64,000 nt of DNA from Gemmatimonadota bacterium (GTDB lineage Bacteria; Gemmatimonadota; Gemmatimonadetes; Gemmatimonadales; Gemmatimonadaceae). The notes under the pieces were generated by a model that saw only the letters and a list, made by a program, of their open reading frames with translations, did not search any database and was not told the origin of the DNA. The first letter of the stretch is position 1; each line of letters begins with the position of its first letter. Below are positions 25,124 to 35,240 of the stretch, one piece after another. The position numbers and the translations under genes were made by a program. The stretch spans positions 60,202 to 124,201 of the forward strand of contig JAHFCT010000002.1 in assembly GCA_023249375.1 (NCBI GenBank), read 5' to 3'.

Positions 25124-27295
25124 TTATCGCACGCCACGCCACGAGGCGAACAGGGAGTCGCGATTGAGCGGCAGGTACATCAGCTTGTCGTCCACGCGTG
25201 TCCCGGCGCGCGTCAGGAGATACACAGGACGGTCGCGGTACGCAGCGAGCATCAGCGAGTCGCGCGCGTGCAGGTCGCGGGCGTAGATGTTTCCACCGGT
25301 GGTCACGAGGCGGAGTGGTGTGAAGTGCAGAAACCCGGCGCGATCATCCACGATACGCTGCACGCACACGGCGTCGTAGTGAGCGCCTGGGCGCACGCGT
25401 TCGGTGGGGTCCGGCGTCAGTGTACTCTTCTGCACCACGGCGGAGTCGCGCCCGAGCAGCGCCGCGAATCTCCGTTCGGCTTCCGCGCCGCCAATTCCGT
25501 CGTGTTCAGCCCGCACGAGTTCTCTCTCAAGATCGCACGAGTCGGTGCCGCGATACACGGATTCGGTCATCGGACGTGATACGCCAAGTGCCCACAGGCG
25601 CGCCACCAGCTGTGCTCCCCAACTCTCACGCACAAACACCAGCGCGTTACGTACACCGTTCTGTTCGGCCACCGCCGCGTAGTCGACGCGCATGGACGTC
25701 AGGCCGGCGCGATACGTCGCAACGCGCACGGGAAGATTGAAGACGGCGGCGCCCACCGCGCCAAAGCCAAGCGCCACGGCAAGTGCGCGCCGCACATGCA
25801 CCACTTCGACGCGCTCGGCAATGACCAGTGGAATACGCGCGGTCCAGAGCACCAAGGCCGGCAAGAGGGGCACCACAAAGCGCGGCCCAAGATAGAAGCC
25901 GTCGTGCCAGTAGAGCAGGTAGAAGAGGATGACCAATCCGGCCGCTGAGAGGAGATAACGATCGAGCGCGCTCACGCGGCGCCAGAAGGCCAGCGCAGCG
26001 AGCGGAAGCACCAGTGATGGAAACGGGGTCTCGAACAGATAACTCTGCAAGCGCCATTGATAGAGTGAGGCGAGCGCGAAGCCGCGGAGTGGCGTATGCG
26101 GTTCACCCCACGGAGCGGCATGAAAACCCAATCCATGTGTGGCGCCCCAGAGCACTTCATATCCAAAACGAAGGGGATGTCCGGTGGTTTGGAGGTTCAC
26201 ATACATCATTGCTGCGAACGGAATGGCCACGCCGATGCCCGCGATGATGTTGAGCATCCAGCGCCACTGCGACCGTCCCGCGCGCACCGTCAGCCAAATG
26301 GCCGCGGGAAGCGCAAACGCAAACGCATCAAGCGGTCGAATAGTCGCGGCCGCTCCGAGCGCGAAGCCGAGGACGAAGGCGAGACCGGCGGCCTTGCCCT
26401 GCAGGAGCGGCGACGGAACGTGATACTGATTCCCTTCCACGTCAGTTCGCGACGAAACCGGAGCACGCTCGGCACGAACCAATGCGGCGAGAGATACCAC
26501 CGCCACGAGAATCCACAGCAGCGTCGTGACGTGATTCATGTACGAGCCAAACATGAAGACGCCGAAGGGCGTCACGGCAAAAAGGATGGTGGCGCCCAGC
26601 AGCCATTGCTCGCTGGCGGCGGGTTCCGCGGCACGGGCGACTCGCGCAAAGAGCCAGACGCTCAACGCACCACTGAAGGGCCCGACGAGCCATGGCGCAC
26701 CGGCGAGCACGCCGAGCCAAAGCATGAACGGCCCGCCGGGCGGGAACTGCGCATACACGCGGTCGCCGACATCAACGAGATGGAGGAACGAGAAGAACTC
26801 GCGGTGCATGGGCACGGGCAGCCACAGCCTGCCTTCGGCATACCGCTGGGCCTGCCACAGCTGGGCCACCTCATCAATGAGCAGCGGCCGGCGCGAAAAG
26901 ACCGCGGTGGCGACGACCGCGTACAGTATTAATGCGCCAATCGCTACTAAATAGAGCTGCCGCGATCCTCCGGCAGCGCCCCGAAGACTGGGTTCGGTGC
27001 TGCCGGTAGATGCGAACCGTGATGATCCCGGCCAGTGCCCGCCGCGCGATGCGAGCCAGGCGAGCACGCCAACCCCCAGCGTCAACAGGGAACCGGTGAA
27101 CCAGTCGCGCAACTGAGCGCTGAGTCCGGGCATCTCGAGCCCAACGTGCAGCAGCACCGACCACGGGACGAACCCCAGCAGGGCAAGCACAGTGGCGCCC
27201 GTACGCGCGGGCCACGCGGAGAGCTCCGGCGCCCCTGCCAGTCCACGGGCACCAGCAGGCGGGGGACCTGCCGACGGTCCGCCCTCAGGCGTCAT
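25124..27295 (-). CDS. polytopic membrane protein, putative GT-C type glycosyltransferase (ArnT/PMT-like) with a C-terminal soluble domain
   Basis: There are many predicted TM helices over roughly the first 500 aa, followed by a soluble tail. The call rests on architecture only. The start was set to the ATG at 27295 to avoid overlap with mnmG. Confidence 0.55.
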   Translation of the reverse strand: MTPEGGPSAGPPPAGARGLAGAPELSAWPARTGATVLALLGFVPWSVLLHVGLEMPGLSAQLRDWFTGSLLTLGVGVLAWLASRGGHWPGSSRFASTGSTEPSLRGAAGGSRQLYLVAIGALILYAVVATAVFSRRPLLIDEVAQLWQAQRYAEGRLWLPVPMHREFFSFLHLVDVGDRVYAQFPPGGPFMLWLGVLAGAPWLVGPFSGALSVWLFARVARAAEPAASEQWLLGATILFAVTPFGVFMFGSYMNHVTTLLWILVAVVSLAALVRAERAPVSSRTDVEGNQYHVPSPLLQGKAAGLAFVLGFALGAAATIRPLDAFAFALPAAIWLTVRAGRSQWRWMLNIIAGIGVAIPFAAMMYVNLQTTGHPLRFGYEVLWGATHGLGFHAAPWGEPHTPLRGFALASLYQWRLQSYLFETPFPSLVLPLAALAFWRRVSALDRYLLSAAGLVILFYLLYWHDGFYLGPRFVVPLLPALVLWTARIPLVIAERVEVVHVRRALAVALGFGAVGAAVFNLPVRVATYRAGLTSMRVDYAAVAEQNGVRNALVFVRESWGAQLVARLWALGVSRPMTESVYRGTDSCDLERELVRAEHDGIGGAEAERRFAALLGRDSAVVQKSTLTPDPTERVRPGAHYDAVCVQRIVDDRAGFLHFTPLRLVTTGGNIYARDLHARDSLMLAAYRDRPVYLLTRAGTRVDDKLMYLPLNRDSLFASWRGVR

Positions 27296-27302
27296 GTGCC
27301 GT

Positions 27303-29237
27303 TCACGCGATGCCCGCCGATGCACTGCCACGGGCGCGGCGCCACCGTTCCACTTCGAGGACGAGATTCTGTAGATCTGCAGGACTCACGCCGGGAATGC
27401 GCGCCGCCATCGCCAGCGAGGACGGCCGCCGATGCGCCAGCTTTTGCCGGGCTTCCGTCGAGAGGGATTTCATGCCGGCGTACGGCAGTTCCGCGGCGAG
27501 CGCAAAGTCGCCCATGCGCTGCATTCGCTGAGCGGCTTCGCGCTCCCGCACGAAGTATCCGGAGTACTTGATCTCGAGTTCAGCGGTGATGAGGGCTTCA
27601 CCGGCAGCCGCTTCGTCGAGGCCTGCGGCCGCAAAGAGCGCGGCCAGTGAGACCGCTTGCCGACGAGCGAGCTCAACGATCTTCACCGCATGTGGAATGG
27701 GAGATGACCCGACCTGTTCGAGCACCCCAGCGACCTGCTCCGGCCGCACACTCGTTGTCCTCGCGAGCGCAGACGCCCGGTCCTCCGCGTTGAGGCGCGC
27801 GTCGATAACTCGACGCTCCCCCTCCGAGTAGAGTCCAAGTCGCATTCCGATTGGCGCAAGTCGGCGCAGCGCGTTGTCCTGCCGCACGGTCAGCCGGAAC
27901 TCGGAGCGAGACGTAAACAGGCGATACGGTTCATCCACGCCACGTGCGACGATGTCATCGATGAGCACTGCCACATATGAGGTGTCTCGACCAAGTATCA
28001 GTGGCTCTCGGCCGGTGACGGCAAGGGCGGCGTTCAATCCGGCAATCATCCCCTGCCCGGCGGCTTCTTCGTAGCCGGTTGTGCCGTTGATCTGGCCGGC
28101 GAGATAGAGACCCGGAATCTGACGCACGGCGAGCGTTGGCTCGAGCTGCGTCGGCGGATAGTAGTCGTACTCAATCGCATACCCGGCCCGTGTCATCTGC
28201 ACCTGCTCCAGCCCGGGCACCGCACGCAGCATGTCGAGCTGAATGTGGGCGGGAAGCGAGGTGGAGAGACCGTTCACGTACAGTTCGTGCGTGTCGAGCC
28301 CTTCAGGTTCGAGGAAGATCTGATGACGTTCGGCATCGGGAAACCGCACCACCTTATCCTCGATGCTCGGGCAGTAGCGTGGACCGCGCGAGTCGATAGA
28401 TCCGCCGTACATCGCCGAGAGCGTGATCGACTCGGTTACCAGCGCCTTGACCTCGGCACCGGCGTATGTGATGAAGCACGGCATCTGAGGAAGTTGTGCA
28501 ACTTCGGCTGCCGATCCCACGGCACCAGCTTCTGGCGCAAAGTGCGACCACCGATAGGAGAAATCCGATAGTTCGCTCGGCTGCGGTTCGCACTTCGAAT
28601 AGTCGACCGACCTGCCATCAATCCTGGGCGGTGTTCCGGTCTTGAACCGCCGCACCTCGAGCCCCACCTCGGCGAGCTGCTCCGCCAGATGCGTGGTTGC
28701 CGCCTCGCCTGCCCGTCCACCCGCCAGTTGCGTCGTGGTACCGATGTGGATCTTGCCACGCCCGAAGGTGCCGGTGGTCACGACTACGGCGCGCGCAAGA
28801 AAGCGACGGTTGTCGAGCGTCTCCACTCCTGAGATGCGGCCATGCTCGGTCAGCAAGCGTGCCACCGTGCCCTGCACGAGGAACACGCCGGCGTGCTCTT
28901 CCACCAGCGTACGCACGGCGCGGCGATACAACCCGCGATCCGCTTGTGCTCGTGGCGCCCACACGGCCGGACCCTTGCCGCGATTCAGCATGCGAAACTG
29001 AATGGTCGCGCGATCGGTGGCGCGGCCCATGACTCCGCCCAGCGCGTCGACTTCGCGCACCACCGTTCCCTTGGCAACGCCGCCAATGGCGGGATTGCAC
29101 GACATCTGTCCGATGGTCTCGAGTGCACTCGTCACCAAGGCGACGCGACAGCCGAGGCGTGCAGCGGCCACCGCTGCTTCAGCGCCGGCGTGCCCACCGC
29201 CGATGACGATGACGTCGAGGGAGGATTCGCTGTGCAT
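27303..29237 (-). CDS. mnmG: tRNA uridine 5-carboxymethylaminomethyl modification enzyme MnmG (GidA)
   Basis: The start was set to MHSESSLDVIVIGGGHAGAEAA (FAD-binding GxGxxG). The sequence resembles MnmG along its full length. Confidence 0.95.
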   Translation of the reverse strand: MHSESSLDVIVIGGGHAGAEAAVAAARLGCRVALVTSALETIGQMSCNPAIGGVAKGTVVREVDALGGVMGRATDRATIQFRMLNRGKGPAVWAPRAQADRGLYRRAVRTLVEEHAGVFLVQGTVARLLTEHGRISGVETLDNRRFLARAVVVTTGTFGRGKIHIGTTTQLAGGRAGEAATTHLAEQLAEVGLEVRRFKTGTPPRIDGRSVDYSKCEPQPSELSDFSYRWSHFAPEAGAVGSAAEVAQLPQMPCFITYAGAEVKALVTESITLSAMYGGSIDSRGPRYCPSIEDKVVRFPDAERHQIFLEPEGLDTHELYVNGLSTSLPAHIQLDMLRAVPGLEQVQMTRAGYAIEYDYYPPTQLEPTLAVRQIPGLYLAGQINGTTGYEEAAGQGMIAGLNAALAVTGREPLILGRDTSYVAVLIDDIVARGVDEPYRLFTSRSEFRLTVRQDNALRRLAPIGMRLGLYSEGERRVIDARLNAEDRASALARTTSVRPEQVAGVLEQVGSSPIPHAVKIVELARRQAVSLAALFAAAGLDEAAAGEALITAELEIKYSGYFVREREAAQRMQRMGDFALAAELPYAGMKSLSTEARQKLAHRRPSSLAMAARIPGVSPADLQNLVLEVERWRRARGSASAGIA

Positions 29238-29375
29238 AGGATGAAATGACAGTATAGCACGCGCCGACGCCGAGCGACGTTGCCCCGCGGACGGAAACTC
29301 GTTATCAACTATCCCTGTTGCATGGCGTCGCACGGCAGCCGGCGCGCGCCGCCACCACACCTCGCCTGATCAGAC

Positions 29376-29693
29376 ATGCCTCTCCAGCTTTCGCACGACG
29401 CCCCGACCCTTCTCATCCGAAAGCGCGCGTTCGAGCGGCATGCGCTGGCGCGCGCCGACTTTGACGTGGCCCTGCATCTCACGGATCAGGAGTTCCGCGT
29501 GGAGGGAGACCTGATTGCGGTGGGGCCGATCTATGATTCCGAGGGACTCGCGCGAGTAATCGCCGATCTCGAAAGTCGTGGCCTCACGTACTTTGACGAC
29601 TTCTTCGACGTCAGCGGCAACTGGCCCGACTGGCTGCTGTTGTATGCCATGGTTGAACGGGAGCGATTCACCGACTCGACGCCCACCGACTGA
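29376..29693 (+). CDS. hypothetical protein (105 aa)
   Basis: This is a clean ORF with genome-typical GC-rich third positions. I recognise no family. Confidence 0.55.
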   Translation: MPLQLSHDAPTLLIRKRAFERHALARADFDVALHLTDQEFRVEGDLIAVGPIYDSEGLARVIADLESRGLTYFDDFFDVSGNWPDWLLLYAMVERERFTDSTPTD

Positions 29694-29711
29694 CGGTGTG
29701 CATAGCGACCA

Positions 29712-29749
29712 CCGGCGCCTTCTCCGAAACTCCGAGGAAAAGGCGCCGG
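29712..29749. terminator. hairpin between convergent genes
   Basis: CCGGCGCCTT (29712-29721) pairs with AAGGCGCCGG (29740-29749) as a 10-bp stem with an 18-nt loop. Confidence 0.45.
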
Positions 29750-29762
29750 AACGATCGTAGCG

Positions 29763-30683
29763 TTACTTCAAGTTCTTGCTGAAGAACTCGACGGTCATCG
29801 GCCACGCCTTCTTTGCTGCCTCGAGATTTGCGGGCTGATCCTGGGCACGCAGGAAACCGTGCCCGGCGCCGTCGAAGATGCTGTAGGTGTAGCTCTTCTT
29901 GAGTTCCTTCATTGTGGTGTCTGCCCACCCGATGGTTGCGTTTACGCGCGCGTCATTACCGCCGTACAAGCCAAGCACCGGAACCTGGACCTTGGGAAGG
30001 GAGTCTTTGGCAGGCGACGTGCCGTAGTACACCACCGCGGCGCCGAGCCCCTTGTTGTTGTACACCGCGTGATTGAACGACGCGGATCCTCCCCAGCAGT
30101 AGCCGACAATGCCGTACTTTTTGGCGGCGGCAGGCAGCGAGAGTCCGTAGGCCGCGACGGCAGCAACGCCCTTGTTCATGTCTGCCACGTTCACGCCGCG
30201 AATCAACTTTGTGGCGCTGTCGCTCTTGAGTTCGTCGGCTGACGGTCCACCACGCACGCGCGAGAGCAAATCAGGCGCGATCGCAATGAATCCGTCTGCT
30301 GCCAACTGATCCGCCACGCCGCGCACCCACGTGGACAGACCGAAGATCTCGTGCACGACGACGACGACCGGCGCCTTCTTCTTGCTTTCGGGATAGACCA
30401 CCCACGCCATCAGCGAGTCCGCCGCACCCTGCTCCCAGGCGACCTTTACCCATTCTCCATGGCGCGTCGATGCCGCGAGGCGCGCCGCGGCGTCCGCGGC
30501 GCCGGCGGGAATGCCCGCCGTACCCTGCGCTGTCGACGTTGGATCAGCGACGGCTGCACCGGACATCTCCATGATGTGCCCACTGTGCGGATCGACGTTT
30601 GCGGCGGATGATGCTTGGCGTGCGGGTTCACGCGCGCAAGCAGCAGATACCAGCACGAAAGCCAGCAACGAACGATGGCGCAT
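29763..30683 (-). CDS. dienelactone hydrolase family protein (secreted)
   Basis: The start was set to MRHRSLLAFVLVSAACA (signal peptide). The nucleophile elbow is GYCWGG, and the C-terminus has a DLH-type GAGHGF. Confidence 0.85.
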   Translation of the reverse strand: MRHRSLLAFVLVSAACAREPARQASSAANVDPHSGHIMEMSGAAVADPTSTAQGTAGIPAGAADAAARLAASTRHGEWVKVAWEQGAADSLMAWVVYPESKKKAPVVVVVHEIFGLSTWVRGVADQLAADGFIAIAPDLLSRVRGGPSADELKSDSATKLIRGVNVADMNKGVAAVAAYGLSLPAAAKKYGIVGYCWGGSASFNHAVYNNKGLGAAVVYYGTSPAKDSLPKVQVPVLGLYGGNDARVNATIGWADTTMKELKKSYTYSIFDGAGHGFLRAQDQPANLEAAKKAWPMTVEFFSKNLK

Positions 30684-30859
30684 GGGGGGCTCCAGAGATG
30701 CGGGGGACGGAACGGCGACGAGTGCAGTCTGCTCAAATATGATGAGGGGTGGAAGTGCCCAGGCCTCGGCACACAGAACTCGCGGAGCGCAGGCACTGTG
30801 TGGCAGCCCGGAGCGAGGACAGCTATCGTCAGGAAACTCCCTCACCTCGACCTCACACC

Positions 30860-31921
30860 ATGCAACGCCTGGCCTCGAGCTTCCTCAGTCTACTTCTTCC
30901 GATCTCGCTTTGTGGGCAGTCCCTGACCATCGCGGGAACTTCAGCCGTACCCGGAAGCACGGCGTACGGGCGATTCGACGTTGCGGCCGGATCTGATTCG
31001 GCGACCTGGGTGCCCTTTGCGATCATTCAGGGAAGCAAACCGGGCAAGACCGTGGCAGTCCTCAGTGGTGCGCATGGCACCGAGTACGCAAGCATCATCG
31101 CTGCGCAGCAGGTGATTCCGCGCATCGATCCCACGAAACTCAGCGGCACCGTCATCGTCGTTCCGCTGATCAATCGCGCGAGCTTCGAGCGCATGCGCGT
31201 GCACACCAATCCAGTGGACGAAAAATCGATGAATGGGGGTTACCCCGGAAAGGCAACCGGCACACAGACGGAGCGCGTGCTCGATATCATCGCGCGCGAG
31301 GTAATAGCCCGGGCGGACGTCGTCATTGACCTGCATAATGGGGACATCGACGAGAACCTCCGCTCGTATTCCTACTGGACTCGAACGGGCAAGGCGTCGC
31401 AGGACAGCGTAGCCCTGGAACTCTGCCGAGCGATGGGGCTGGACCACGTCATCGTTCGCAATCTGGACGTCACCAACCCCGCGAGCACACGCAGTGCAAG
31501 CGGCTACTCGCTGTCGCTGGGGAAGGTGGCGGTTGTAGCCGAAGCCGGCCGCTGGGCCCGCACTGATGCCGCCGATGTTCGTGCGCTCGAGGATGGGATT
31601 GTTGGCATGCTCGGCCAGTTGGGCATGTTGCAACGCGCCAGACCGACGCCACTCCGTATCACCTGGCTTGGGGAGGACTCCAGGGTCCGGACCGACAGCA
31701 ATGTCGTGTGGACGCCACTAGTCGACCGCGGAGCACGAGTTCGGAGTGGACAAGCTCTCGGTTACACATCCGACTACTGGGGCCGAAAGATCTCTGACGT
31801 GGTGGCCCCGAAAGACGGGATAGTGACGTTCATCCGAAGTGTGCCAAGCGCTTGGGCTGGGGCAACGCTCGCAACGATCGCGGATCTGCTAGAGAGGCCC
31901 GCGGGGTGGAAAAAACCGTAG
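30860..31921 (+). CDS. succinylglutamate desuccinylase/aspartoacylase (AstE/AspA, M14-like) family protein
   Basis: The signal peptide is MQRLASSFLSLLLPISLCGQS. The family pattern is SGAHGTEYAS ... PLINRASF ... MNGGYPG ... VIDLHNGD. Confidence 0.75.
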   Translation: MQRLASSFLSLLLPISLCGQSLTIAGTSAVPGSTAYGRFDVAAGSDSATWVPFAIIQGSKPGKTVAVLSGAHGTEYASIIAAQQVIPRIDPTKLSGTVIVVPLINRASFERMRVHTNPVDEKSMNGGYPGKATGTQTERVLDIIAREVIARADVVIDLHNGDIDENLRSYSYWTRTGKASQDSVALELCRAMGLDHVIVRNLDVTNPASTRSASGYSLSLGKVAVVAEAGRWARTDAADVRALEDGIVGMLGQLGMLQRARPTPLRITWLGEDSRVRTDSNVVWTPLVDRGARVRSGQALGYTSDYWGRKISDVVAPKDGIVTFIRSVPSAWAGATLATIADLLERPAGWKKP

Positions 31922-31985
31922 ACGAGATGTGCGAGTCATCTTAAATATTCTCAACAATGAAACATATCAGTTTATCATTGAAAAT

Positions 31986-32963
31986 TTACTCATCATTGAG
32001 CCATTTCATGACTTTCTCCTCCATATAGTACCTGGGAGACCAAATCGGACCCTCGGTCCAACCGACGTGGCCGCCACGCCGAGTGAATTCTGTATTTAGG
32101 AAGTTGTTGTTTTGTGAGATGTTACGAACTCTATCCAGTACATCTGCCGGAAGAAATGGATCGTCTTTGGCGTTTAGCAGCATAGTTGGCCGCCGTATGT
32201 CCGGCAGGAAGTGAATGGACGACGACTTGGAGTAGTAGTCGAGCGCTCCGGAGAATCCATGCACGGGACCGGTGACCGCATCGTCGAAATCCCAGAAGGT
32301 TCTGGCCTTGTCGAGCCGAGTCCAGTCGCATAGATCGGGAAAATGGGTGCGCTTGGCCCGGGTCTTCTCCTTCAGCGACTTCATGAAATGGTCGACATAG
32401 AGCTGACCGAGCCACCACTCCAAGAAACGGCTCCCGACCGCAAGGTCGTATGGCACCGAGACGCCGGCAGCTCGGACGACATTTGACGGCAGCGCTTCTC
32501 CCTGCTCCCCAAGCCACTTGAGCAGGACGTTGCCACCGAGCGAAACGCCGACAAGCCGAAGGCTGATGTCGGGATGTCCGGCGATAAGTTCCCGAACGAC
32601 GAAATCGATGTCGGTCGTTTCGCCGGAGTGGTACAGGCGTCGCTGGTTGTTGATGTCGCCATCGCAACCGCGGAAGATCAATAGGTCGGCCGACCACCCA
32701 CGACGGCGCGCCTGTGCCATGAGTCCTTGCACGTAGTTCGAGCGAACCGTGCCCTCGAGCCCGTGCAGGATCAGCAGGTGCGGCTTGCCGGCACTGACCA
32801 AACCCGCGCGCGCGACGGAAAGATGATCACCGTCTGGCGTTGCCCAACGTTCAATGCGATCGTGCACCAGCGCGTGGCGCCGTCCCTTCTTTCCCCAGAT
32901 ACTGGGGAGATGGGCGCCCGGAAGCCACCACGCGGGTTGATACGTCGATGTCAGTTCGGGCAT
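31986..32963 (-). CDS. alpha/beta hydrolase (YheT/ABHD-like)
   Basis: LILHGLEG and the GVSLGGN nucleophile elbow are present. The start was set to the ATG at 32963 (MPELTSTYQPAWW). Confidence 0.8.
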   Translation of the reverse strand: MPELTSTYQPAWWLPGAHLPSIWGKKGRRHALVHDRIERWATPDGDHLSVARAGLVSAGKPHLLILHGLEGTVRSNYVQGLMAQARRRGWSADLLIFRGCDGDINNQRRLYHSGETTDIDFVVRELIAGHPDISLRLVGVSLGGNVLLKWLGEQGEALPSNVVRAAGVSVPYDLAVGSRFLEWWLGQLYVDHFMKSLKEKTRAKRTHFPDLCDWTRLDKARTFWDFDDAVTGPVHGFSGALDYYSKSSSIHFLPDIRRPTMLLNAKDDPFLPADVLDRVRNISQNNNFLNTEFTRRGGHVGWTEGPIWSPRYYMEEKVMKWLNDE

Positions 32964-33128
32964 TCGCTGCCGTCGGATATGGCGATGGATACGGGAGGAG
33001 TCACAGCGTGAGTTCGGCAAGATAACGCTGCTGCGCGACCCCGGCGAAAGTCCCGACGCACAGTTGGTTTCTCACAACTATTATTGAGTCGTTCCAGCGC
33101 CGTTCGATCATCGCTCACCCTCAGGATC

Positions 33129-33488
33129 ATGGAAGTTCAGATCTTCGGCACCGCAAAATCAAAGGAAACACGTGCCGCGCAGCGGTTCTTTGCTGAACGC
33201 CGAATACGGGTACATTTTGTCGATCTCAAGGAACGGGCAGCCAGTAAAGGCGAATTGCAGCGCTGGGTACAGCGGTTTGGGGTCACGCCGCTGATTGACC
33301 GCACGAGCAAGCGCTACGCAGCACTTGGGCTTGGCGTGGCGCGACTGGACGACGCGCGGTGGATCGAGAAGCTACAAGAGGAACCCCTGATGCTCGTGAT
33401 GCCCTTGGTGCGCTGGCAGCACAAGGTGACAATCGGCGAGGCGCTGGCGGAGTGGAAACAATGGATCGACACCGACGCCGGTCGCTGA
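33129..33488 (+). CDS. ArsC/Spx/YffB family protein lacking the N-terminal redox cysteine
   Basis: MEVQIFGTAKSKETRAAQRFFAERRIRVHFVDL aligns with the thioredoxin-like start of the ArsC family. It has AKSKET where CxxC or CxxS is expected. Confidence 0.7.
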   Translation: MEVQIFGTAKSKETRAAQRFFAERRIRVHFVDLKERAASKGELQRWVQRFGVTPLIDRTSKRYAALGLGVARLDDARWIEKLQEEPLMLVMPLVRWQHKVTIGEALAEWKQWIDTDAGR

Positions 33489-33525
33489 CCACGGTGTGCG
33501 CACGACCTGCGCGCCGAGGCCGCCC

Positions 33526-34515
33526 ATGATTTGGGCATGGGTCGGCTTTATCGTCTTCGTGCTCCTGCTGCTTGCACTGGACCTCGGCGTCTTCAACAAG
33601 AACGTGCATGCGCCATCCATGAAGGAGGCGATCTTCTTTACCGGCGGCGTTGTGGCACTCGCGCTGGTGTTTTCGGCCTTCATCTGGGTGGCCAACCACA
33701 ACGGCTGGTTTGGGCTTGGACAGCATGTGGACGCGGTGGACCGTCAGGTCAACACCGGCCGCTTGGCAGCCGTGAAGTTCCTGACTGGTTACGTGATTGA
33801 GTTGTCGCTGAGCATGGACAACGTGTTTGTCATCGCGCTCATCTTTGCTCATTTGCGCATTCCGCTGGCGCTGCAACACCGCGTGCTGTTCTGGGGCATC
33901 CTCGGCGCACTGGTGATGCGTGGGGCAATGATTGGCGTCGGCGCCGCACTCGTGGCGCGGTACCACTGGATCCTCTACCTGTTCGGCGCATTCCTGGTTT
34001 ATACCGGCGTGCGGATGCTGTTCACCACGGACGAAGACGATGCACCGGGTGAAACGTGGGTCATGCGGCAACTTCGGAAGTACTTTCCGATCACCGAAGG
34101 CTTTCATGGCTCGCACTTCAAGGTGATCCTGAATGGCCGAGTGTGGCTGACCCCACTGGCCGTGGCGCTGGTGCTGGTGGAGACGACGGATCTGATCTTC
34201 GCGGTGGATTCGATTCCGGCGATCTTTGCGATTACCGCGGATCCGTTTCTCGTGTTCACCTCGAATGTCTTTGCCATCCTCTGCCTGCGATCGCTGTACT
34301 TTGGACTCGCGGGGCTGATCGAGCGCTTCAAGTACCTGAAGGTGTCGCTTGCCGTGATTCTTTCGCTTGTTGGCGTGAAAATGCTGGCCGCCAAATGGCT
34401 GGTGGCATGGATCGGCGAGTCATTGAATTTCTGGATGCTCGGGCTCGTCGCGGGCATTCTCGTCGTGGGAGCAGTTGGAAGCGGGATGGGAAGGATCAAA
34501 CCAAACGCAGCCTGA
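33526..34515 (+). CDS. TerC family integral membrane protein (Alx-like)
   Basis: TerC-like repeated motifs are present (ELSLSMDNVFVIALIF ... VETTDLIFAVDSIPAIFAIT). The start was set to the ATG at 33526. Confidence 0.88.
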   Translation: MIWAWVGFIVFVLLLLALDLGVFNKNVHAPSMKEAIFFTGGVVALALVFSAFIWVANHNGWFGLGQHVDAVDRQVNTGRLAAVKFLTGYVIELSLSMDNVFVIALIFAHLRIPLALQHRVLFWGILGALVMRGAMIGVGAALVARYHWILYLFGAFLVYTGVRMLFTTDEDDAPGETWVMRQLRKYFPITEGFHGSHFKVILNGRVWLTPLAVALVLVETTDLIFAVDSIPAIFAITADPFLVFTSNVFAILCLRSLYFGLAGLIERFKYLKVSLAVILSLVGVKMLAAKWLVAWIGESLNFWMLGLVAGILVVGAVGSGMGRIKPNAA

Positions 34516-34569
34516 CGCCGACACACCCAACGCGTCTCTTCAAGGCCCGAAGACAACCCTAGGCGCACC

Positions 34570-35172
34570 GTGACTGTCCGCACCGCAACCCTCATTCGCA
34601 CCACGGACCGCGCGCGACTTGATGCGATGTGCGCGTCGGGGCTCGATTGGCTGATGCTCGACGGCGAACACGCAGCGGTTGGTCCCGCGGAGATCACGAG
34701 GATGCTCGACGGCGTGGCGAAGCGGGTGCCGTGCTTTGTTCGTGTACGCGCACTCGAGTTGGCGCAGATCACCCATGCTCTGGCGCACGGAGCGGATGGC
34801 ATTATCGTCCCGAATGTCGATACGCCCTGGCAGGCGAAAGAAAGCGTGCGCATGGTGCACGAATCTCCGTGGCCCTCGGCTGCGGTGGTCGTTCAGGCGG
34901 AGAGCGCAGAGGCGGTTCGGAATATCAGCGAAATTGTTGCCGTGCCCGGCATCGAGTGGGTGCTGATTGGGCCCTACGACCTGACGAAAAGCCTCGGGAT
35001 TCCGGAGCAGTTTGATGCGCCGGAATTTGACACTGCCGTTCGCGAGATCGAAGTCGCCTGCGCGGCGGCTGACGTACCCGTCGGGATCTTTGGAATGACG
35101 CAGGAACGGGTGGCACCCTACATCAAACGTGGGCATGCGCAGGTGGTGGTCGGGATCGATCGTCCGGCCTGA
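34570..35172 (+). CDS. HpcH/HpaI aldolase / citrate lyase beta-like family protein
   Basis: The pattern is DWLMLDGEHA ... VRV ... DGIIVPNV ... VQAES ... IGPYDL. The protein is shorter than typical family members. Confidence 0.65.
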   Translation: MTVRTATLIRTTDRARLDAMCASGLDWLMLDGEHAAVGPAEITRMLDGVAKRVPCFVRVRALELAQITHALAHGADGIIVPNVDTPWQAKESVRMVHESPWPSAAVVVQAESAEAVRNISEIVAVPGIEWVLIGPYDLTKSLGIPEQFDAPEFDTAVREIEVACAAADVPVGIFGMTQERVAPYIKRGHAQVVVGIDRPA

Positions 35173-35240
35173 GGGGTACTCTTATTTCTCGTTGGTGGTT
35201 CGTGGGTTCGTGTTTCTTCCTCCCATCACACCGAGGACTC

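Noticed and set aside
26096-26954. Plus-strand ORFs of 278 and 138 aa.
   Set aside because: They are antisense to the polytopic membrane protein gene. Their composition is highly charged and Arg-rich, unlike real proteins in this window.
31922-31985. An AT-rich convergent spacer with an imperfect inverted repeat (CAATGAAAC ... GTTTATCATTG).
   Set aside because: It is most simply a weak bidirectional terminator region between two convergent hydrolase genes. Nothing further can be supported.
33283-34116. A 277-aa minus-strand ORF.
   Set aside because: It is antisense to the TerC-family gene and to the end of the ArsC-family gene.
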